A stretch of 64,000 nucleotides of DNA, from contig NC_087436.1 in assembly GCF_036321535.1 (NCBI RefSeq), forward strand, positions 13,454,001 to 13,518,000. The letters are read 5' to 3'. The notes beneath the pieces were generated by a model. The model was given only the letters and a program-made list of their open reading frames with translations. It did no database searches and was not told the origin of the DNA. A program made the translations under genes and the position numbers. Shown piece after piece: positions 13,400 to 22,968 of the stretch. The first letter of the stretch is position 1; each line of letters opens with the position of its first letter. The DNA is from Camelus dromedarius. Taxonomy: Eukaryota.

Positions 13400-13766
13400 T
13401 GTAATAGGAACTGTTTCAGGCCACCCACACCCAGTTCTGCTCGCCTTCCTGGGTGCACAGCTAAACGTGATTTCCCAGCTTCTCTTGATGAGTCCAGCCA
13501 GTTAACACTGGCAGAGATGACATACCTACTTCCGGGCCTGTCTGTAAAACCTCTCTGTCTTTAGCTCTCTCTCCCCTCTTGCATGGCTGAAAGTGAAGGA
13601 CTCCCAGCTGGGAGGACAGCTGACCAGAAGAGATGCCCAAACAGGAACATCAGACTGGACTCTTGGTGAGGCAGAAATCCACCTTTACTGTATTAAGCAA
13701 CAGAGATGTCAGGGTTTGTTACTATTATTATTATACAGCACAGTCTCACCTGCTCCACCTAATACA
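13400..13766 (+). mobile_element. MaLR (MLT1-type) solo LTR
   Basis: tgtaatagg...atttcccagcttctcttg...ctttactgtattaagcaacagagatgtcagggtttgtt...ctaataca, the characteristic MLT1 3' end. Confidence 0.75.
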
Positions 13767-14129
13767 CCGAGGCCCTAGTGAAAGTAACGGAATCCATGTA
13801 GAAATAAACCCATAAACACATTTTGAAAGAGAGAAGTTTAAGGGGGGGAAATCGATGGAAGAAAGAGGAGAGAGAGCCACGACCCCAAGTATGTGCAGGA
13901 TGAGCCTGCAGATGGGGTGCAGGAAAGCATCTTCTCATAAAAAAGCCAAAGATCTCAAGGAGAATGGAGGTCAGGTCTGAGAAACGGAGCTGAAAACAAG
14001 GAATTGGATGGATATCTGTCAATGGAAAAGCAATCCTGGTTACCCCGCTCGCAGAGCAATAGGTCAGCTAATGTTTACCGTCAAGGAAAATAAAATTGCC
14101 TCCCAAAACAGCAGAAGGGAAAATAAAAA

Positions 14130-14400
14130 TAAGGCACTAAGAGGAATGATCCAATGGGATTTCCTAAACAGAGAAAATGTAGAGTAAGAAATTATTAGAG
14201 AAACAATCATCAGATATCCCAGACCTGAAGAAAATGAGCGCTCTGATCGTAAGGGCGTAGGGCGTCCACCCAGAAAACGTCAGTGGGTCTCCCGAGACAC
14301 AGCAGCATGGAAGTTCAAAACTGCACACAGTGAAAGAAGTTCAATTCAAGACAACAGAATCATCAAGGTGGCCGCCCACAGAACTGAACACTCCGGCAGT
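14130..14400 (+). mobile_element. Ancient L1/HAL1 ORF1 remnant
   Basis: agaaattattagagaaacaatcatcagatatcccagacctgaagaaaatgagc...atggaagttcaaaac resembles the ORF1 EII.ENFP.L region. Confidence 0.55.
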
Positions 14401-14829
14401 TCAAAGCGACAGCCTCTGAAAGGGACTGCTGTCGGGAGGGCTGGGTGGGGACTCACCTTTCATTTAAATCCTTCTGTCTGTGGTGTGTTTCCTATTTTCA
14501 TGCATTACCTCGGTGTATTATTTTAATTTGAAAACAAAGGAAATAGATGTGCCACTCACCATATTTCTAGTCAAACCCATACCTGCGAATTATGAGTAAG
14601 AGAGAAAAAAAATCACCCTATCTTTACAGAACTATTATTTGCATAAGCAAATTCCACCAATTAACTTCAGATTATGCACCTTCCCAAACATCCACAATGG
14701 GCCTTGGCCTCTTTGGTTCTTAACCTACATCAGTCATTGACAGGAACGAGGATGAAATGCATATTTGTGGGGCAAGGTTGTAAATGTATTCAGAATCCAA
14801 ATGAAAGTGCTTTAAATTAGGTACCACTT

Positions 14830-14959
14830 GGGGGGAGGGTGTAGCTCAGTGGTAGAGCGTGTGCTTAGCATGCACAAGGTCCTGGGTTCAACCCCCAGTG
14901 CCTCCATTAAATAAATAAATAAAAATTTAATTACCTCTTCCCTAAAATTAAAAATAAAT
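14830..14959 (+). mobile_element. tRNA-Ala-derived SINE (Vic-1-like) with TSD
   Basis: Intact A and B boxes; TSD taaattagg(t/c)accactt at 14813-14829 and 14960-14976. Confidence 0.95.
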
Positions 14960-17389
14960 TAAATTAGGCACCACTTAAATTATCTTTTTATCCTCCATTA
15001 ACAACTAGTAATGAATAGCTCCATTTAATGTATTTATACCCTGTCATTTTTCAGGGAAAAAAAGTCATAAAATCCATCCACATAGGGGTGAAAAAGAAGG
15101 TAATACGATGGCAGAAAGAGGAACTCTAAGGGCCTTAGTGATGGGTGTGGTAACAGTGACTGGGTATGAAGCCATCATCACATTTCATGGCAACTGAGGC
15201 AAAGAGGGAATTCAGTAAGTGGCAAAATTCTCATCTTATAGAAGAAAACAAACCAGTTCCTCAGGAAAGACAGAGGTCTTTCTTGAACCAGTGTTGAAAG
15301 AAGTACACTGGGTGGGGCATTGGGAAGAGCTTTGAGAAACATGAAGGCAAGTTCTTCGGGCATCTTCTCCACAACAGAGAAGGAATGGTCCCTCCGACTG
15401 TCACTTGTCACCCACACCCACTCCACCCCGCCAACACACCCGGCCTCAAAACCCACCCCCTTTAAAACAACCGGCCTAATGATACAAGGTAAATCCCAGA
15501 CTTGCCTGATCACAGCGATCAGCCGGTCCATTTCCCATGCCCCTCCCCTGGAGACCCTGATTTGATGAGTCTGCAGGAATCTCCCCCAATTAACACACTC
15601 CCCAGGTGAGCAGGCGAGTCTGGGAAACAAGGTGATAGGTGACAACCTACAGCTGCAAATGAGCTCGCTCCTCCAGTTGGTGATGCCCCCACCATAACCT
15701 CCCTCAGCTTGACTCCTCACAGCATCCTGGAGCTGGACTCTCTCCAGATGACAGCTGGCTCTGACATGCATTTGCAGGCAAGCATTTGAGACAGATAAGG
15801 AATGTAACATTTGTTCCTTGATGGTAATAACTCAAAACTCCCCCCCTCCCTTCCTCCCCAACACTAATTTCATCAGCGTTACCAGGAGAATTCACAGAGA
15901 GGCTCCGCATGAGGTACATCAAGCACACGATTTGATACAAACACATCTGTGCTGATGTGCACAGCTTTTTATCATTATGGATGATCTGTGGGGTGCTGCA
16001 GAACGTTTTGAAAGTTTTAGGATTGCATCGATTATTTCTGAAACAAGGGAGGGGGAAAGTCTCCCTGGGAAAGGAGCTGCATACAAGGAGGCATACATTC
16101 GTTTTACTAGACTCTCATGCTGAATTAATTGCACTTCCAAAACATTCTTGCCTGAGCCACATTTCAAGAAGGCTCTCAGCTACAGAGCAGAAAAACTCCC
16201 TTCCACATACATAAAAATCAGGAAATCAGAAGAGGCACCAGATTTCCCCCCTCAGTGTCTTGTTTCTCTCCTGCCATTGATGAGAAACCTGGTCCAAGAG
16301 GTTGCCTTGCAAGGAAATTGGAGATGAAATGGTCACAAAAGTAGAGGGGGATGTTTAGCCTAAGGACAGTTATATGTGTCCCAAAACAAAGTCAGAAAGG
16401 TCAAACCTAAGTCAAGGGAATGGCTCAGCTGTCTCGCAAAACAGAGACAGAGAAATTTTCTCAGCTGAAAACACAATAAGTGTGGGAGAGAAAAGAAACC
16501 TGACAGGCCTGATAGCATCCTCTTGTCTTAGCCAAATGCTCATTTGGATTGTCAAAATTTCTGGAGAATCAAACCATGTGTGAAGCCTAAATGTGAAGTG
16601 CAATCTATAAATAAATACAAAAATCCTTTATCATGGGTTAGGAGTGGGGACCCCCAAAATTACATTGCCCAGATACCCTGAAGGTTTAGGATGCATAAGA
16701 AGTCACAGATTTGAAAAAGGCCAACTGGAGTAGTCAGACCTACTATATGCATTCCAAAATCAGCCTAACCAGTTGAACCCTGGCCATCCAAAAAGGATTA
16801 AAGATTAGTTATCATTTCAATCCTATGAAAGAAGATCTATATTTCTCTTTTAGACAAAAAATTCTCTAGAGGACGGTGCTTGCCAACACTCTGAAAAAAA
16901 TAATCTCTCAAAATTCTTGCAACCCACTGTGTTATGATTTCATCTCATGAAATACAACACCTTTACATTAAACCTCATAAAACTAAATCCCACTGGATCT
17001 CTTCCAAACTCAGAAAATGAGCAGCTCTGTTGGTGATGCTTAGAAAAGTGAAACACAGCCTCTTCTTGTTGGGTTGGTTCCCATCCCTGGGTCCATTTTG
17101 CAGGGAATAAATTTGCTTTACTTCTACCAAATATTTACACGTGATTAATCTCACACATAATAGATCTTACAAATGCTTTGTGAATGAAATAACGCCTTCC
17201 AACATTACGACGTTAATTCCCCTAAAAAGGATCTCTTAAATTGAAATGTACACAAACCCATTCTGGTTTTCCAGTCTATGAAAGTTATTTCTAATTGTCT
17301 TGGATTTGCCTGTGGGTGGTCAAAAGTGTGAATATAAGTTCAGAAAGGATAAAATAAAAGGCTCTTCTGTGTAAGGAGAAGTTCCCTGG

Positions 17390-18877
17390 GGTTTCCATTA
17401 TATACTTGAACAAGAAATAGTTGCCTCACTAGATAGAATGACAGCTGACAACATCTCCATCCAACACACACACACATTCACACAAAGTAAACCTTCACAT
17501 GCTCTCATCAGCGGCTATGTATTTTCCCAATACTGTAATTTTCAGTGACAAGGTCATCTCTTGATAAGGATCTCACGAAGAAATCAACCAAGGATCAGTA
17601 ACCCAAAGATTGATAACTCATGCTTCCATATTATTCTCCTCCCTTCACTCACATTATCTTTAGTCTTTCCATTTGTCTCAAAGGTGGGCCAAAAATCAAG
17701 ATTGTTCCATTGGAATTCCACATGGCCTCTGACACCATCCTTCCTCTGATGTAAAACAAAATGGTATAGACTCTGCTTTGATGTCATCACAGACAACTTT
17801 CCACACACCCCAGCAAATATTACTTGGAATAGGGGTTGGTTTCTTGGCCTGGGAAATTCTTCTCTAGGCAGGCACTCATATGATAGAACAGATTACTGTT
17901 TTCTTCAATAAATACCTGTTGACGGCCTTCATTGAACCGGCATGGTGATGCAGAGTATTACTAGGTAGTAATGGTTATGCACCCCATGAAGAATCTATTC
18001 TCATGTCAAATGCATCTTCTAAAGTGTATTAGTACAAATCGGACATGCCTTTTTACATCTTCCATGTATATATATTTTCAGGATTCAACTCACCATTCTT
18101 GAGTTAAAAATCTAGGGTGATCAGTCAGTGACATTTAGATGTGCCCTGGGAATTCCAATGTTCTGCAAAAGAGTTTCAGCTGGTCTCCTATAGCATTCAA
18201 GTTCATAATGTACGCATGTGTCTACTTGGTTTCGGGGCTATATTAATAATTTACCCACAACAGGTTCTCAGACATGTAAATCCATTATTTCCATTACTTC
18301 CAGATTAACAGAAACAAAAGTTGTAATCCCCGTGTTTTTAGTGGTAAGAAAAGATGGAATTAATGGGTCTGTATTAGTCGTTGCTCTATCAGATGACTCT
18401 ATGAACCACAAAGCTTGAGAACCACTGGCCAAAGCCTCCTCTATCTCATTCAGATTGTCAGTCATTTACATCGTAAGTTAATACAGAGAAAGTGTTTTAT
18501 TCTTCAAAACATCAAAATTCTCCCATTTGGTATTTGCGTCCACTGGATCTATAAAACTCCCCATGTTAACCCTCTCTGGCTGCCCCTGGGATACAAATTA
18601 AAGACAATGTTTGTGTGACTACAGGGCTGGTAAGGGCCAGAAGCAGTTACTATAAATTCCAGGGACCTTTTCTCATATAGATATAAACATGCTTGTTCTC
18701 TGAACCAGTACATAAGAAAATCAGAATGATCACAGAGTTACTCATTCACTTAATACGCCATTAAAACATTTGCTCATTTCCCCAAATCTGGCTATATGGA
18801 CAAGAAATAATGAGGCCCAGATTTTATAATACAGTGATCATGAGGTGTGACATCTTAAGATGTTTAATCTGTATAAG
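17390..18877 (-). pseudogene. Candidate endogenous bornavirus-like L element (EBLL); decayed C-terminal part of the viral RNA polymerase gene
   Basis: Manual minus-strand translation gives colinear peptides CIIKSGPHYFLS, KCFNGVLSE*VTL, WENFDV, DPLIPSFL, MDLHV*EPVVGKLLI*P, SDLY, HHH, PLMRACEGLL and GNYFLFKYIM. These line up with BoDV-1 L motifs recalled from memory (VIRSG..YLLS, TCFEKIDSEEFVL, LERFSV, GPTPSFL, INFHSRGDLVAKLVLLP, MDLY, HHH, PLATPCKALF, DNYSFVMDLIM) with mostly similar spacing. Many stops and frameshifts. No search was run. Confidence 0.72.
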
Positions 18878-18995
18878 CTGCCTCAGTTTTCTCATCTATA
18901 AAATAGAAGCATTATCTTTTCACCAGGGTTTTTGTGATTATTAAGTGAGAACATCTATGAATACACTTTTAAAACTAACATTAGTAGTCACTGTT
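18878..18995 (+). mobile_element. MIR SINE (core and 3' half)
   Basis: tgcctcagttttctcatctataaaatag...cagggtttttgtgattattaagtgaga is the MIR core. Confidence 0.85.
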
Positions 18996-19049
18996 GTTGT
19001 TCTTAATAAGCCCAGACTGAACCTCCCAAGGCCACTCTTTTCTGAGACC

Positions 19050-19680
19050 ATTTATTCACTCTGCAGATACGTTCGGAGCACCTAGTAAGTGCCAAGCACT
19101 GCATGATTCAGTGATGACCAAAAACAGCTCTAGCCTCTGCCTTCATGGAGCTTTTGATGGTCTGCCCAGTGATGGGGAAAGACATTAATTTAATAATCAC
19201 TCTTAAAAAGAAAGAAAGAAAGAAAAATCGTAACTGTAATAAGCACTTGGAAGGAGCTACACACAGTGTTATGAGAATTTATCATAGAGGATTGTGACCA
19301 GAAGGGGCCATTATGGTTCATTTATTTAACAATATTCCTTGGCCCATGAATCGCCACCCACTGTGGAAGTCCTGGGGACTCAAACACTACAGCATGAGGC
19401 CCAGCCCCAGGCAGCTCACCGTGCAGAGAAGGGAGTCACATGGGTAAGTGGACAAGCACCCACCATGACCCCGGGAAGCCAGTGAGGCAGCAGGAAGAGG
19501 TGACTCCACGGAGAAGGGCAGGGAAAGGGACGTGAGAAAAGACTTTGTAAACGAGGTGAGCCAAGCCTTAAAGGATAAGTAGAAGCTTCTCAGGTTTTCA
19601 CCCCGAGAAAGGGCAATTCAGAAAGAAGCAGAAATGTGAACAAAAGCAGAGCAGTAGGAAGAGTATCCATCAGCACGTAG
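19050..19680 (-). mobile_element. L2 3'-end remnants
   Basis: gagcacctagtaagtgccaagcactg...ctctgccttcatggagctt; gaggtgagccaagccttaaaggataagtagaag. Confidence 0.65.
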
Positions 19681-19683
19681 ATG

Positions 19684-20100
19684 TGTTAGCGAGTCCAAAC
19701 TCGTTCTGCTCGCTGTAAGGCACGCCAATAAATTGGGAGACAAGGTGTTGGGGCAAGGAACAGCAACTTTATTTGGAAAGCAGGCAGACTGAAAGGATGG
19801 CAGACCGTCTTGGAGCACTATCCTCCCCTAGTCAGAGTGCAGGCTCCAAAAAGGGGGGGGGGGGTCGGTTGTTGCAAACTTCTTGGTGTAGGAATTCTTT
19901 GTTCCTGCAGCTGTCCACGTGGGCCACCTCACAGGTGCTCCTGCAAAACCTCCAACAAAACAAATGTTACTCTTTATTCTGCAACTTGTTATCTTTACCT
20001 GAGTGCAGAGCTGGCAAGACCAAGCCTAGAAAATAGGGTGCAGGGTTAAAGCCAAAGGAACAGATCTAATATGGAGTCAGATTTGTTCTTTTCTATCACA
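19684..20100 (-). mobile_element. ERV solo LTR, 417 bp, probably internally deleted
   Basis: TG...CA ends (tgttagcgagtcc ... ttctatcaca), near-TSD gatg/catg, minus-strand AATAAA at 19768-19773. Confidence 0.82.
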
Positions 20101-20164
20101 CATGGAGTTGGGGGGTGGAGGGAATGAGTCTCCCCTACCCATCCACTCCCCCAACCCCCACTCC

Positions 20165-20361
20165 CTTGGCCACCAGAGGCATTTGGACACGTCTGGAGAC
20201 ATTTCTGGTTGTCGCAATCTGGAAGGAAGAGGAGGGTACTACTGGCATCTAGAGGACAGAGATGCTGAATCCTACAAAACACAGCCATGTCACCGCCCCC
20301 TCCCCCACAGGAAAATTACCTTGCCCAAAAATGTCAGTAAGGCTGAGAATGAGAAACCCTG
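20165..20361. mobile_element. MER20 hAT-Charlie DNA transposon fossil
   Basis: catttggacacgtctggagacatttctggttgtc...tactggcatctag...cccaaaaatgtcagtaaggctgagaatgagaaaccctg. Confidence 0.88.
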
Positions 20362-20834
20362 CATTAGAGGAAATACGGTAGAAAAGCCTCTCCAAGGCTC
20401 AAATATGTGTAAAAGAAAAATGGAAACACTTTTCCCTCCGTATGAGAAACAGTCCCCAGAATTGGATGTCCTTCCTCTCCGCGGCGCTGCCCACAACTTC
20501 GCAGAGGAGACTTTCAAGAAGTGAAGCGCATGCGTGGGTCTGGGGTTCAAGAGAAAGATCTGGCTGGAAATACAGGTGTAGGGTGCATCTGCAAGGTGAG
20601 GACTGGAGTCCTGGGAGTGGATGAGATGGTGTAGGAAACGTGTGTGATACACTGAAACTAGGAGAAAGCCCAACACAGGACCAGGGAAACGCCACCATTT
20701 AAGAGGCCGGCAGAAGAGGCGACAGCAAAGGGAAACAGGAAGGGATAATCAAAGAGTAGGACTCAAAGGAGAAGGGTGCCCTGAAAGTCAGGAAGGACAG
20801 GCTTTCGAGAAACTGAGGGATCATTACCCAAACG

Positions 20835-21662
20835 AGCAGAAAACCTGCGCATGGATGTATCTAGCAATTTTATTCATTTTTTTCTTCCTACCTGGTTTTG
20901 GGAGGATTTCCTTGCATTTCCGGTTGTAAGAGATACTCTGCCAAAGTTCAGTAGCTACACTGTGAGAATTGCACCATATGTCGATGCAGTTTTTGCTGCA
21001 TTTGTGGGAGAGGGTGAGCTATGCGTCCTTCTGCTCTGGCAGCTTGGCTCCTCTGAAGCAGCTTTATTCATAATGGCCAAAACTTGAAGCAACGGCAATG
21101 TCCTTCAACAGGAGAATGGACGAACAAACTGTAGTGCATCCAGACAATGGGACATTACTCAGGGATAATGAAAAAATGAGCTCTCAAGCCACAGAAAGAC
21201 ATGAAGGAAACTTAAGTGCATATTGCTAAGTGAAAGAAGCCAATCTGAAAAGGCTCACACGGTGCGACTCCAAGGCTAAGACATTCTGAAAAGGCAAAAC
21301 TATGCAGTGAAAAGATTAATGGTTGCCAGGATCTGGGTTGGGGGGAGGAATCAACAGGTAGAACAGAGGAGATTGGGGGGGTGGGCAGTGAAACTATTCT
21401 GTGTGATGTTGTAACAGAGGATACACGACATTAGCCATTTATCAAAACCCACACAACTGTACAACACAGAGTGAGCCCCAATGTAAGCTATGCACTTAGG
21501 TTAATAATGTATCAACTTTGGCTCCTCATTTGTGACACACATACCACACTAATGCAAGATGTGAAAACTGAGACGGAGAAAAGAGGTATATGGGAACTCT
21601 CTGTGTACTTTCCACTCGGATTTTCTATAAGCCCAAAACTGCTCAAAAATCTCTATTAATTA
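20835..21662 (+). mobile_element. L1MC-type 3' fragment, interrupted at 20878-21056
   Basis: aaaacctgcgcatggatgt..|agcagctttattcataatggccaaaac...ctaagtgaaagaagccaatctgaaaaggct...taccacactaatgcaagatg...ggtatatgggaactctctg. Confidence 0.85.
20878..21056 (-). mobile_element. Retroposed L1 5'-UTR start fragment with TSD
   Basis: Minus strand ggagccaagctgccagagcagaaggacgcatagctcaccctctcccacaaa...aattctcacag resembles a laurasiatherian L1 5' end; short A tail; TSD agca(at/gc)tttattcat at 20863-20877 and 21057-21071. Confidence 0.75.
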
Positions 21663-21741
21663 TTTTCTTAAGACTAGGGTTTAATAACTTAAGTTCAATT
21701 AATATGTGTGCTGATAAAGCTTAACATAGAAAAAGATCCTA

Positions 21742-22046
21742 TTATCTACAAAAAAGAAACAGACTCACAGACATAGTAAGCAAACTTATGGTTACCAGGG
21801 GGAAAGGGGGTGGGAAGAGATAAAAATGGGAGATGAAGATTTGCAAATGCTAACTACTACATACAAAATAGATAACACATTTCTTTTATATAACACAGGG
21901 AACTACACTGAATATCTCGTAGTAACCTATAATGAAAAAGAATATGAAAATGAATATATATATTTGTATATGTATGTCTAAGACATTATGATGTACACCA
22001 GAAATTGACATATTATAAGCTGACTATACTTCAATAAAAGAAAAAA
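21742..22046 (+). mobile_element. 5'-truncated young L1 3' end
   Basis: gaaacagactcacagacatag...cttatggttaccagggggaaagg...tgactatacttcaataaaag. Confidence 0.9.
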
Positions 22047-22659
22047 TGCTAAAAATGACCTTAAAAGTTATAATTGATCTTCATGAACCCCCCCAAAAGT
22101 TGAGGGATAAACTGTTAAATATCATAGAGAAGTCAAATACGGAGACCCCAAAACTGAATCTGCTCCACTTGATAATTAGGATATCGTGATGACCTTGAAC
22201 AGAACCGTTAAGGCAAGGATTGCAGTGGGCTTCACATGAATTAGAAAGGACGAAGTGGGGAAAATAAGTGTAGATGCTAGCACTACGATGGCAATCATAG
22301 TGCAAAAATAAATGTACCAAATCAACATGTTATACACCTCAAACTCACACAGTGTTTTGAATGTTGAATATATTTTGATTTTTTAAAAAATGAAAAAAAT
22401 AAAGTGTAGGCAACTTTTTCAAGAAGCTATGCTATGAAAGAATGAAAGGACAGTGGGATGCAGAATAAAGGTTTCTTCCTTAATATAGGAGGGATCTGAA
22501 TATGTTTATAAACTGCAGGGAAGACCCAGAGGGAAGGAGAGATTAGAAATCCAGTAAAGAGAGGAGATTACTAAAGAACAGGTCAATGAAGAAGCCATGG
22601 AAGACAACTGGACTCAAGTCTTGGAGGAAAAAATAGGGACATTTTCCTTTGATATTTTA

Positions 22660-22968
22660 TTTTTATTTTTTAAATACATTTATTTCTTTATTCTATTATT
22701 TCACTGAATACATTTAACTAATTAATTAACTTAATGCACTTTGTGTATTAGATATATTTAACATTGTAGAATTAATTGAGTAATATTTCACTAGGAATTT
22801 TGAAACTACATGCATAGGTAAAGTGGGACCAAAATCTCTGTTTCGTGAGGGGCTTTGGGGGAGGGAGATAATTAGGTTTCTTTCCTTCTTTAATGGAGGT
22901 ACTGGGGATTGAACCCAGGACCTCATGCATGCTAGGCATGCACTCTACCACTGAGCTATACCCTTCCC
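22660..22968 (-). mobile_element. Vic-1-like SINE (22857-22968) with a 3' extension inside the TSD
   Basis: tRNA-Ala head on the minus strand; exact 13-bp repeat ctttgatatttta at 22647-22659 and 22973-22985; T-rich tail at 22660-22672. Confidence 0.85.

Noticed and set aside
14830..14906. tRNA-Ala(AGC)-like gene, also at 4747, 5658, 22895, 31989 and 37880
   Set aside because: Poor acceptor-stem pairing, SINE body and A tail, and a TSD: these are SINE heads, not tRNA genes.
15178..15810. 210-aa minus-strand ORF
   Set aside because: No recognisable homology, non-ATG start, and it overlaps a MER5-like remnant near 15540-15620; probably chance.
18268..18465. Possible SENP-type processed pseudogene suggested by EIEEALASG
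   Set aside because: No downstream SENP motifs such as WLNDEVINFY or HW; flanking peptides fit bornavirus L better.
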